Below are positions 1 to 11,100 of a DNA stretch of 29,106 nt, piece by piece. How positions within the stretch are numbered: the first letter of the stretch is position 1; each line of letters opens with the position of its first letter. The position numbers were made by a program, and so were the translations under genes. Location: positions 1 to 29,106 of the IMG/VR virus record IMGVR_UViG_3300020457_000060. One strand, 5' to 3'. Source of the DNA: a virus. Its lineage: Duplodnaviria; Caudoviricetes. Under the pieces are notes generated by a model. That model did no database searches. It saw only the letters and a program-made list of their open reading frames with translations, and was not told where the DNA came from.

Positions 1-591
1 ATAGAACTTTGTGAAAAAAGCAGAGCTTATACTCATGACCTAGACCCAATAACTACTATATCGGGAGTTCATGAGTATGAGTTTGATCAACCAAGTGGTA
101 CAGATGTACACCAAATACAATGGGCTACTTTTGATGGCAATGACTTAGATCCTATAAGCCCAAGAAGTTTAGAATTAAATTATCCTGATTGGAGAGATAA
201 ATCAGGTATACCTACAGTATATTTGCAGAAAACAGCTAATACTTTTTGGTTAGTACCAGTACCAAATGCAAAAACTGTTGATGGGTTATTGGTGAATGTA
301 GCTTTAAAACCAACAAGAACTACTAACAATATAGATACAGAATTTAGTAACACTTATCGCGACGGGATTATTTATGGTGCTATTTACAGGTTGTTAAGAA
401 TACCTGGTAAAGAGTGGACTAATCCTATGGCGGCTGCTGATTATTTTAACCTGTTTCAAGCTGAAGCGTCTGATGCAGAGTTAAGAGGTAGAGGAGGCAA
501 CATAGGTGTTAAAAGAACAGTAAAATATAAAAGTGCTGGTTTATCCCCAAGGAAGAGGTATGGACGATACGGAAAAGAGTTGGACAACTGA
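1..591 (+). CDS. Head-tail adaptor / tail tubular A-like protein (5' partial)
   Basis: Frame 1 is open from base 1 (IELCEKSRAYTHDLDPITTISGVHEYEF...) to TGA at 591, so the track's 223 start is internal. The segment YRDGIIYGAIYRLLRIPGKEWTNP resembles podophage adaptor proteins, and the gene precedes the ejection genes. Confidence 0.65.
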   Translation: MELCEKSRAYTHDLDPITTISGVHEYEFDQPSGTDVHQIQWATFDGNDLDPISPRSLELNYPDWRDKSGIPTVYLQKTANTFWLVPVPNAKTVDGLLVNVALKPTRTTNNIDTEFSNTYRDGIIYGAIYRLLRIPGKEWTNPMAAADYFNLFQAEASDAELRGRGGNIGVKRTVKYKSAGLSPRKRYGRYGKELDN

Positions 592-1012
592 TGGTGTGAC
601 TTTCAAACATGTTCCTCAAGAGGAACTAAAGTTTGTTTATAGTAATATAGAGCCAGATTTAGTAAGGGTAACTCAAAAAGCGACAGCGGATTGGATTCCT
701 GCTGATATATACGCAGCCGTAAGAAGTGGTAATACACATCTTTACGTAGCATTTAAAGATAATTATTATGCTGGCTTTGTTGTAGTATCGATTTTAAGAG
801 ATGCTGTAGGAGAAAAAACATTACATATTTGGGTAGGGTACAGCCGACCTAAATATAATATAATAGGTGCAGGTGTGGAGTTTTTAGAGTATCTAATACA
901 AAATACCGACATAGTAGGAATGGAATTTCATTCCGACCGCCCTGGATGGAACAGAGTGGCTAACAAGCATGGATTTAAAGCAGTAACAACAGTTTATAAA
1001 AAAGGTAGGTAA
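560..1012 (+). CDS. GNAT-fold-like virion assembly protein (position analogous to T7 gp13 / P22 gp14)
   Basis: ATG at 560 follows GGAAGAGGT and is preferred to GTG 533. The pattern LYVAFKDNYYAGFVVV..LHIWVGY..RPGWNRV..GFK suggests an acetyltransferase-like fold. It lies directly before the internal virion genes. Confidence 0.55.
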   Translation: MDDTEKSWTTDGVTFKHVPQEELKFVYSNIEPDLVRVTQKATADWIPADIYAAVRSGNTHLYVAFKDNYYAGFVVVSILRDAVGEKTLHIWVGYSRPKYNIIGAGVEFLEYLIQNTDIVGMEFHSDRPGWNRVANKHGFKAVTTVYKKGR

Positions 1013-1014
1013 AA

Positions 1015-1716
1015 ATGGTAAGTGGACCAAAAGCATCAGAATATGCACCGGGGCCAGATGAAAAGAGACTGGCCGCAGAAGGTAAAAATGATCTAGATTT
1101 TTTTCAAAATTCTGGTATGCAAGATTTGTTAGTTAGACAAATACAAGAGGTTAGTAAAACTAACCGTGCTTCTACAGTAAGAGGTTTTAGAAGCGCTGAT
1201 ATAGCACAAACTTTACAAAACGATATTAATCTGCAGTTAGCGAGAAGCTTTGCAGATACTACAATGCAAACTATCGTTTCTGCAAAAGAAACAATTAAAG
1301 CAAACTCAGATGCTTTAAATGCGGGAATACAAGAAAAACAAACCGCATTAGCTAATGCTTATGGTTTTTCTGGAAATGCTACTAATGCACTTACTACAGC
1401 GGCAAAAATTGATAATCTGGGAACTTTGTCAGATGCTAAGGCAATACAGTCAGAACGTTTAGCTAGAAATAAGATGGTGTTTGAAGGGGCAAAAGCTGCT
1501 GGGACATTTGGAATAAGTATGCTTGGAAAACGTAATGCAGCTAGAGCTATAACAGGTGACGACACTTTAGGATTTGGTAATTATAATTTTACTCCTGGTC
1601 AGGGTGGAGGAATTAATGTAAGCAAAGGGAGTCTTTTTGGTCCTACAACGTTTTTTGGTGAAAAAGACGGGACAAGAGGCTTTGGTTCTTACGCCGACAG
1701 GATAAGGTTTGGGTAG
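1015..1716 (+). CDS. Putative internal virion (ejection) protein, 233 aa
   Basis: Ala/Gln-rich and helical-looking with a Gly-rich C-terminus, no Cys. RBS AAGGTAGG. First gene of the ejection cluster. Confidence 0.55.
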   Translation: MVSGPKASEYAPGPDEKRLAAEGKNDLDFFQNSGMQDLLVRQIQEVSKTNRASTVRGFRSADIAQTLQNDINLQLARSFADTTMQTIVSAKETIKANSDALNAGIQEKQTALANAYGFSGNATNALTTAAKIDNLGTLSDAKAIQSERLARNKMVFEGAKAAGTFGISMLGKRNAARAITGDDTLGFGNYNFTPGQGGGINVSKGSLFGPTTFFGEKDGTRGFGSYADRIRFG

Positions 1717-1725
1717 AGTTTAATT

Positions 1726-2565
1726 ATGGATGCTTGGACTGAAATAGGTAAAACAATGGGTGTTTTAATGCAGAACCCATATAATATTCCTTTTGATTTT
1801 AGTGGAATGAGTATTCAACTTAATAATACACAGTTTCGAAAAGACCTAGAAGAAGCGACCTTAACAAAAAATATTGCAGCGGCTCAACAAACAACAATGT
1901 TGGACCCTATTGCACAATCACAACAGGTTTCGTCTCCAGCAATAGTAGACACTGGTTTAGCTAGAACTCCCGAAGGACAAATGATAGATCCCGAAACAAA
2001 TAACCCTACGCCACCCCCTAATTTTGGTAATGTAGATTATTCTCCGAGAGCTGCTGGAGAGTTAGCGGAGGTTACAGACCCTGCTCAAACATTCGCTGAT
2101 ATAGCTAAAAGGCAAGGTGAGTTTAAAAGAGCTAATATTAGACCGTTTGAGGAAGCTTTGATTAAACAGATAAGAGAAGGAGAAGATGAGCTTGTAGCTC
2201 AAGCCCCTTTAGATGTAGCTAGGCAAGCTACTAAAGTAGAAGGTATAGCTAGGCGTAATGTTAGTAGATATGGTTTTCAAGAAACGGGAGCTACTCGACA
2301 AGCTAGAAATACAGCACAATCGCTTGCAAGAACAGTAGCGGTTACTGATGCAGTTAATAATGCAAGACTAGACCAAGATTCTAGTAATAAACAATTATTA
2401 AATGTTTTAGTAAACGCTGGTAGCAGCGTACAACAAATGGGATTAGGTGCATTAGGGAGTGCTGCATCAATGCAAGGGTCAAGAGATAATGCTTTCAGGC
2501 AAGCCCAAGCTAGCTCAAAAGCACAAAAATATGGCTTCATAGGAAGTCTATTTAGTATGATATAG
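1726..2565 (+). CDS. Putative internal virion (ejection) protein, 279 aa
   Basis: Ala/Gln-rich, no Cys. The C-terminus GLGALGSAASMQ...YGFIGSLFSMI is typical of DNA-transfer/pilot proteins. Confidence 0.6.
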   Translation: MDAWTEIGKTMGVLMQNPYNIPFDFSGMSIQLNNTQFRKDLEEATLTKNIAAAQQTTMLDPIAQSQQVSSPAIVDTGLARTPEGQMIDPETNNPTPPPNFGNVDYSPRAAGELAEVTDPAQTFADIAKRQGEFKRANIRPFEEALIKQIREGEDELVAQAPLDVARQATKVEGIARRNVSRYGFQETGATRQARNTAQSLARTVAVTDAVNNARLDQDSSNKQLLNVLVNAGSSVQQMGLGALGSAASMQGSRDNAFRQAQASSKAQKYGFIGSLFSMI

Positions 2566-2567
2566 AT

Positions 2568-5150
2568 ATGGCTAAGACTTTTTTTGATATATATGATCAG
2601 GCGGTGTACAACACTACTCGCCAAGCGCAGCAGGCTCTTACCCTGTCTCAAGGTTTATACAAACAAAATGTAGGCTACTATGCTGGTAATCATGAGAAAT
2701 TACACAATACTTTGATAAGTGAGGATCCATCTAATTCGTTTGCAACTGAGAACCCAAACGATAATCCTCTAATAATGAGCTTTTCCGAAGTTTTAAAAAG
2801 AACCCAACCAGAGTTTGCTAACTCAGGAGCAACCTTTCCAGAACTAGTGAATAGTGATGTAGGTAAAAAAATTCTTGCAGATACTGGTCTTATACAAGCT
2901 ATTACAAACAATAGAACCTTTTTAAAAAGTCTTACACCTACAGACCAAAGACTTAATGGAGAAATTTTGTATGCTGTAGAACTCGCAGAGGTAGATGCTC
3001 AAGAAGGGGGTGGGCTAGGAGTTAACTACAACTCTCTTTCTAGATCTTATGGAAAAGAGAATGAGGAAGAACCAGGGCAACTTTTAATAACAGAAAAACA
3101 ATTAGGCCAGGCCTTTGAAGACCACCAAGCGAACACCTATATAGAAAACGCACGTCTTAATGGTGGTGGTTCTACAATGATGAAATCCAATACTTTTCAA
3201 TTCTTTAAAGGGCAAAACATAGCAGAAGAAATAACCCTACAAGATGGTCAAGATATACATGGAACAAATATAGGTAAACAAGCAGAAGATGAGAAGGGTA
3301 ATATTCAAACTTACTCTAGAGATCTGGCAGAGTCCCAAAAATTTATAAGTGAGTTAGCAGAAACTCTTAATCAACCAAAAGAAACTTTAGCTGGGCTAAC
3401 TGGTGAAGAGTTAATTAATTTAGATGATGAAAGTATTCAAAATTATGTTCGTTCTAATGTAGCAGAAGTTAACCCTATAACACAAATAGTTAGAGGACCG
3501 GTTACAGGAGAAAAAACTACAGGTGGGTTGGAACGTGATTTAATACGTGCTAGAAATAGGTTAGTAGGTTTACAAAGGCGAAAATTAAAACTTGAGAGAA
3601 GGTTAGACAATTTTTCTAAAGATAATGCGGATGGCAGAAGGGATAGATTAATACGAAATACAGAAAAAGAAATAGAAAAAGTTAATAGAGATATAGCTAA
3701 TTTTGATGAAAGAGTCTTAGAACCAACTACTGATGTCCTTACTAGACGTATGGAAAGACAGAAAGCTAGCACAGAAAGAAAACTAGAAACTGATCCAAAA
3801 CTAAGACGTCTTAGGGAGAATTTACGAGATTTAGAAGACTCTTTACAAGTATATTCTGGTAATAAACAAAGTAATCTTTATAAAGCTGCCGAAAAGTCAT
3901 ATAACGCAACTATAGATAGTATCGAAGAAAGAGAGAAAAAACTTTCAGTATCACCTCTTGAAAAAACGGTTTCTTTAAGACAATTCAATAGCATGATAGA
4001 TTCTTTTAATGCAGAACAACCTATTAAAAATGTTCCTCCTGCTCAGTTCCTTGTGCGTAAATTAAGTTCTGGTGTACTTAAAGATGACCAAGGAAATTCT
4101 ATATCCATACCTATGAATACTGAAACAAAAATTAAATTAGAAGATTATGTAGCAAAAAACTTTGACCCAAAAACTGAAAAAATAGCATTACTTACTGAAC
4201 CAGAAGCTGCCAAACATGGTGTAAGAACAACAACTACTCGAAATGGAACTTTTGTTGCGGATGGCTCACGAAAAAATCAAAGAGACGCCGGCGGAGAAGC
4301 TATGATAAAAGGATTCATGGTACTTCAATCTTTATCACAGGATAAACAACTAACTGGGGCACAACTAATTGATTTTATGGAGTCATTAAAAAACGGCTAC
4401 ATGCTAGATACTAAGGCATACCAAGCTGCCTTAAACGCACAAAAATCAATGGGTACATCTAACTATAATCTTTTGAAAAACCAATACAAAGGCTTCAATG
4501 CCATGTTTGAAAGAGGAGACAAGGCTGGTTCGGGTGAGAAGGCTAGGGGTGTTCTTGCACTTCTCGGGCCCAATAGCGATGAAGATGCAATTGAAGACGC
4601 ATTGGTAGGTGGTATAAACGCATTAAGCGAGGCAAAAGGAACACTTGGATATAAAAACAAATTAAAAGACATAAACGGCAACCAATATAATTTTTATGCA
4701 GTTGGTAAAAACGGCTTTAACGAATTAGAAGACCAAGTATTCGAGAAGAGTATATATTGGGCAGCTCAAAATAGCACTAGCATGGGTGAATCGCTTAGGA
4801 ATGCACTTGGACTTATTAGAAGCCTTGGCTCAGGAGTGGATCCTTTTCGAAAAGGCTTAGGTGGATTAGATTTAGTAGCTGTTTATGGTGAGGACGGTAG
4901 AGCTGATCGGTTTGACAATCCCATTGAAGGTATGGCAACAAAAGAGGCTCAAAGGGTAAATCCGACTGGTTACATTTTAGTAGACTCTAATACCGGGCAA
5001 GATATTAGTGGGCCTATTAATTATGAAGATTGGAAAGACTTAAGTAGCAAGTTAGCTGGCAGAATATCTGGGTTTAAAGCAGATACATTTATGCAAACGT
5101 TAAAAGACAAAGCTACAGACGACTTAGAGGTTAGATTCAGACCCCGATAA
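2568..5150 (+). CDS. Putative internal virion (ejection) protein, 860 aa, with central coiled coil
   Basis: Long ORF with no Cys and a charged heptad-like region (LERDLIRARNRLVGLQRRKLKLERRL...). It sits between the small ejection proteins and the giant protein, like T7 gp15. Confidence 0.6.
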   Translation: MAKTFFDIYDQAVYNTTRQAQQALTLSQGLYKQNVGYYAGNHEKLHNTLISEDPSNSFATENPNDNPLIMSFSEVLKRTQPEFANSGATFPELVNSDVGKKILADTGLIQAITNNRTFLKSLTPTDQRLNGEILYAVELAEVDAQEGGGLGVNYNSLSRSYGKENEEEPGQLLITEKQLGQAFEDHQANTYIENARLNGGGSTMMKSNTFQFFKGQNIAEEITLQDGQDIHGTNIGKQAEDEKGNIQTYSRDLAESQKFISELAETLNQPKETLAGLTGEELINLDDESIQNYVRSNVAEVNPITQIVRGPVTGEKTTGGLERDLIRARNRLVGLQRRKLKLERRLDNFSKDNADGRRDRLIRNTEKEIEKVNRDIANFDERVLEPTTDVLTRRMERQKASTERKLETDPKLRRLRENLRDLEDSLQVYSGNKQSNLYKAAEKSYNATIDSIEEREKKLSVSPLEKTVSLRQFNSMIDSFNAEQPIKNVPPAQFLVRKLSSGVLKDDQGNSISIPMNTETKIKLEDYVAKNFDPKTEKIALLTEPEAAKHGVRTTTTRNGTFVADGSRKNQRDAGGEAMIKGFMVLQSLSQDKQLTGAQLIDFMESLKNGYMLDTKAYQAALNAQKSMGTSNYNLLKNQYKGFNAMFERGDKAGSGEKARGVLALLGPNSDEDAIEDALVGGINALSEAKGTLGYKNKLKDINGNQYNFYAVGKNGFNELEDQVFEKSIYWAAQNSTSMGESLRNALGLIRSLGSGVDPFRKGLGGLDLVAVYGEDGRADRFDNPIEGMATKEAQRVNPTGYILVDSNTGQDISGPINYEDWKDLSSKLAGRISGFKADTFMQTLKDKATDDLEVRFRPR

Positions 5151-5153
5151 TGT

Positions 5154-8100
5154 ATGTCAGAAAAAATACGCCAAATTTTACTTGCCGAAAGAACGGATCT
5201 TGCTAGAGACGCACGAAGAAGGGAACGAGAACTACCAGACATTTTAGTAAGGGAAGCGCGAGAACCTATTAGTGAGTACAACCCTCCGGAAAGAACTTTT
5301 AACTATGGTACAGCAGAGTATTTTGCCGAAGGGTATCGCGCAGGTTTTGAACAAGTAGCTGGATCTTTTGATGGTATCTCTGCCATTGGTAATTTACTAG
5401 TTGGGGATAAAGAAAGTGCAGAAAAAGATCTTGCTCGAATGGAGATGCATGATAAAAATATTCAAGCAGCTCTTTCCGAACTAGACACCTTTGAAGGTTT
5501 CGTAGATGACCCTACTTTAGACGGTGCTTTTAAACAAGTAGCTAGAGGAGCTGGACAACTTATATTCCCAGCAGCTTTAACTATAGGAGAAGGTTTAGCC
5601 ACTGGTTTTACTGCTACTGCTGCTAGAACCGCTTTTACACAACCTGGTAGAGCCGCTCTAAAAGATTTATATACTTCTACGGTAAGAAAAGTAGGGGGCA
5701 TACGCGCGGATAGAGATTTCATACCAGATACAGACATGGCTATGGGCGCTTTTTCTGGGCAAGGTTGGCAGAAAGCTGCTAAAACACCTAACGCATTTGA
5801 AGAGATGTGGTTTAAAACTCTACAAAACAAAGGTGTTGAAAATTTAACACCGGAAGAAAAAGTAGTTATGGATGTTACTCGTAAGTATTTACGAGAAGCA
5901 AAAATTGGTGGAGCCATAGGTGCTTTTGCTGCTGCAGAAACTATGATTGCTCCTGAAATTTTAAGGGAGTACCAAGAAGCTGGTTTAGAGTTAGGACCAA
6001 CAGAGGCTCTAATGGCAACTTTAAGTGGAGTTCCAGCTGCTGCTCTAGATGTACTAGCAGAGTCAGTTTTCTTTGGTGCTATGTTTAAAATGGCCACACA
6101 GTCTACTCGACTTAATAAAGCCAAACTAAGATTACAAAGAGGCGATAAATTAAATGAGTCGGATATGCAGGCTTTGGCTATAGACCAAAAAGCCCGTATT
6201 GAAGGCGTGGATAGTTTAGACAGAATAGAAAAAGAATTTTTAAAAAGATACGAAAAGAGAAGTGCTTTAACTCTAATGGGGGATGTAGCTAAAATGTCTC
6301 TTGCTAGTACTGCAGCAGAAAGTGCTACAGAGGGTTTACAGGAAGAAATAATAATGAGTCAAAGAACTCTAGTTGACCCTTCTTTTGATAACCAAAGCCA
6401 AGAAGCTAATTTAAGAAGAATGCAAGCCTATTTTGATGGCGGTGTAGGAGGGGGTGGACGTGGTCTTATTGGTGGAACAAGTGCTGCTATATTTAGACAA
6501 TCTAGGGAATTTCTTTCTCAAGTACGAGAAGATAAAGAGTGGGCAAAAATACAAGCTGAAAAATATGCAGATTTAGAGGAGCTTGGCGGATTGCCAGAAA
6601 CCAGAGAAGATATCCAAGCACAGTTAAATGCTATGGTTGACCCCGACTACGAAAGAGAGGCGGTGTGGCTTACCACAGAAGCGTTAGCTGCTAATGATTT
6701 AACATATCGTTTCTCTACTCCGGAGGCATCTCCAACACTTAGAGAAAGGTTAAGGCAGCCCACTGCAGAAGAAATAAATGCAGCCATAAGCGAACGTCCA
6801 ACCGATCCTTTAATAACTGGGGCTGCTCGTTTAAGTGCTAAAAAATTTAGAGAGTTTTTAAATGAGGCTTTTGCTACAAAGGGCAGAAAAGAACAAGATA
6901 TTCCTAAACTAGGTATATCAATAGACCCTGACGGATTTGGTATTTTAATAACGCCTAACCCAAAACTAAGGGAGTTTTACCAAAGTCAAAGAGCAGATGG
7001 TGCAAACATTAGAAATGTGTTGGCACAAATTTTACAGTTTGAGCCAGAAGTAGAACCTGAAGACGGTGAAGTACAAGCTGAAACAGATGTTGTAGCTACA
7101 GACGAAGCTGGTTTAAGTGGACAACAGCAAGTAGTGCAATTAACAGAGGACGATAAGGTCGTCTGGGAACAAACAACAAGCACTAGTAATTTACGTAAAG
7201 TAGTTAAAAAAGCCGAACAACAATATAAGGGCCCAGAAAAAATTAAAAACGCACCTACAAAAGGTCCACAACCTGAACAACTAACTCTTCCTGGTATGGG
7301 AGAGGGGTACACAATTCAGTACCCAATGTCAGAGCAAAATATTGAAGACCAATTAAATGCATTAGACAGTTATGAACAACAACTTTTAAGTGGTATAGAA
7401 CAAGCAATTATAGATGATGACTTGCCTAAAATGCGCGAGTTAAAAGCTAATCTTGAAGGTACTAAAAAAACTCGAAAAAATTTAAAGATTGTTATCAAGA
7501 GCCCAGAAGAAGTAGCTGATGAACGTTTAGCAGCTAATAAAAAAGATGATAAAGAAATTATTACTAGAAATATGGTTTTGGATGGCGGGCTTGACGAAGA
7601 TGAGGTCAACAATACTCTTAAGTCTACTACAGAGCAATATGGTACTAGCATAATAGGACCCTTGGCTAAAGATCAAGATGCTGATTTAGCTTATGAAACC
7701 TCTAACCTTTTGGGTATGGGTAGAAGTGATAATGAGATAGTTCAAGGTAAAAAAGGAGCATATGCTTTTTCAACATTACCCCTAGAAAAATTTAAACTTT
7801 TAGATAGAAAAGCACAAGATAAAGTAAGGCTTCAAAGAGCTGAGGCGATGTTTGCAACCGTAAGAGCACAATTACTAATTGACGATGTATTTCTGCATAC
7901 AGAAGACTCCGATAGGGTTGCAGACTTTAATGAACAACTTACAGTTCTTAATCAAGGGATAGATAAAACTGAAAAAGAATTTACTAATTTACAAGATTCT
8001 GAAACTGCAAAAGCCTTACAAAGAACAAACGCTTTAGCACTCGAGGTTTTTCTGAAAGATCCCAAGAATAGTAAATTTAGTCGAAATAAACTAACAGAAC

Positions 8101-11100
8101 AATATTCAAAATTAGACGGATCGGCAAAACGTAAATTAATAATAGATAGTTGGAAGAAAAACGTAGATAGACCGGTAGAATCTTTAGAGCTGTATTTACA
8201 AGCGATTAGTAACAAAAAGAAACATATAAAAAAATTAACACTTCAAAGGGAACAGTTAATACAGCTTCGTGATGAGTTTTTACGTGAAGCGCCTACAACA
8301 GACCAAAGTAGTTTTAGTACTGCTAAAAATGCTAGGTTTAGAAAAACTAGAACTTTTATAGAAGAGAAACTTTTAGGCACAATCCCTGAAGATAAGAGAA
8401 CACAGGTGTTAGGTAAAGATAGTGACCCTGTAGCATTTATGGAACTTTTGGAAGAAGTATACAGCGATATTGAAGACCATATGCTTTTAGAACCCTCTGG
8501 GGCTGTAGTATCAGATGCTACTAAAGATAGTATAAGAGAATTAATAAGAAAAAACGAAGCCATACTAGCACAGCGTGATTTAGATATCATAATAAATAGG
8601 CAAAATAAAGCTAGAGAAACACGTAGTAAATTACGTCGCGAAAACAAAAACAATATTGTTAACCCTGGTGCTGTAGAGGGGAGAATAGCCAAAGAGAATT
8701 TAGTTGAGAGGGCTGATAATTTTTTTGATGACAGCATTCTTTCTAGAAGAAGATTAGAAGCCTTAGAAATGGTAGCTGAAAACTATGTGCTTGGAGAGCA
8801 GGGAGTTGCTTTAAGTGACTTAGGGTATAGGCAGGGGGAATCTATTACCTCTACGTTAGGTGGCATTTTGGAGGATAGTAAATCTGCTTTATATGACCCA
8901 GAGGTTTACAGGGCCAATGGTACTATTTTAGAAGTTTTAAAAGAGACACAAGAGGCCGACCCAAATTCTATCTATGAGATAGTTGGCTCTTCTGCAGCGG
9001 AAGCGCCCGCAAGTGACTTTATACTTAACCCTAAAACAACAAGAACAATCGAAGATACAGCCACTCATATAATGATGGCAAAGAAGATTAAAAAAAATGG
9101 CGAAGGTTTTGACGCACTTCAAATTCCTGCTTATATTGAAGCGGCAAGGAGCGTTGCAAATGTACAAGGGCAAAAAATTGTTGTTTCTTTTGAGGCTTTA
9201 GATAGCAAATACGGGCCGCAAGCTAGAGAAATAAAAGCGTTCCTTAACCAATTAAAAGATATAAACATTTCAGATGATTACCAATCTATAGTTAAAAAAA
9301 TAACTCCAGAATCTGAAGTAGGTTTATATGGTGCAAAATATATAGACGGTGTGACTGGCAAACAAATGCCAGCTAGAAAAGCAGTACAAAAAGCAGTTAG
9401 TAATGCTAGGCAAATTAATAGGGATCTAAGTGAAACAGAACATATAAACAAAAATGAATACACAAATATACCTGGTTCAATGCCTTTAAAATATGGGTGG
9501 TTTTACAGAAGTTATAATAAGAAAAACGAATCAAGCGATAACGCTCTTGCTATGAATGAAGTGCTCAGTGCCGGAGTCTCTATTATAGAAAGCAGACTAG
9601 ATTCGATAGAGAGGTCAACTGCAGATTTTAATTTTAAGTTAGCTACTGGTTTTGGACATTTATTGTCTGATGGTCACCTAATAAGTTTTCAAGATATGGA
9701 TGGTAAAAACGGAGACATTGTATTTAAGTATCGAACTTATGATAAGAAAAAGAAGGAATACACCGCTATACAAGAAATAGTTGTAAAAGATTTTGAACAA
9801 CGAATAGAGGACAAGGCTTTACAAGGACACCTTAAACCTACCGCTGTTATTGAGACTCAAACAATAAAAGAAGGAAAAGACGGAGAAGTTGTTGAGGGTG
9901 TAAAAACATCAAAATATACAACAAGAGTTCTTGTAGACAAAAAAAGTAGAGTACCTGCTAAATATATAAGGTTTAACCCTACTGTTTTTAAAAAAGCGAT
10001 TAAACCTGATTATTTCATGTCAGAGAAACCTTATAGTGCTACCTCTATGAAAGATAGAGATCGAATATTTGAAAATGAATATAGTTTATTTAATTTACCT
10101 ATTTACTATAACCCTAAAAACCAAAGAGCTACAGACCAACACCAAAGTGCTCAAGACCTTATGGAAGAGAGCCAGCAAACTCCATTTTATTACACTACAA
10201 ATGAGTCAGGGCAAGTTACTATAAAAAAACTTAGAAAAGAAGATTTACATTCTACTATAAGAAACAAAAAGAAAATGCTAGCGAACCCAGATGCTGAGGA
10301 TGTAGCAGATGTAAAAATGAGCGAAGTAGAGGGTTTAGTAGAGGGGTTAAATGAATCTGAAAAAGAAGGTGCTTTACTTGGCTATGGGAGTATAGAAGCC
10401 GTAGAGGATCGAATTAAGGCAATATATCTTGATAAGTATAAATTACCAAAGGAATCTTTTGATGATGAAAAGTTTTTACTTGAAAATTTAGATATAAAAA
10501 ATGATTTAGTTTTAGAAGAGATTTACACCGGTCTACAGGAAGGTGTTGATTTTGTAGGGTTTGATATAGCTCAAAAGCTAGGTTACAACGTAGTGGGTCT
10601 CGCTCCACAAATGAAACAATTTGGTAGAAAACAAAAGGCACTAAAAACCGAAAGTTTAGGTTTGATGTCTGTAATTTATGGAGAGGACCCTAATCTTGTA
10701 CAAGAAGGGCCGCCTGTTCCGGGATCGGTAGACGTTACTGGAGTACCCGTAAAAGGTTTAGATAGATTAAGACAACAAAGAATTGCAATAAGAAAAGCTA
10801 TTCAAAAAACAATGTCTGAACCACCTCCAAAAATACCTGTTACTACAGTAGTGCCTTTTAATAAAAACAAACAAGGGAAAAATATCCTACCTAAAGGGGC
10901 GGTAAATGTATTACGAAACTCTAAAAAACCTAACGAGCATTATGGAAACCCTTTTGTTTTCAGTAAGGAATTATTTGAGAATATAAAGAAAAAAGGCACA
11001 AAAGCTATTTTAGTAAAAAATAGAGCGAGAGCGGTAAATAATTATAGGGATTGGTTAAATGGCAAGATGCCAGAGTTAGAACCGGAAAGACGTCAATGGA

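Noticed and set aside
223-591. TTG start at 223 for the first gene
   Set aside because: The frame is open and protein-like from base 1, so the gene starts upstream of the window.
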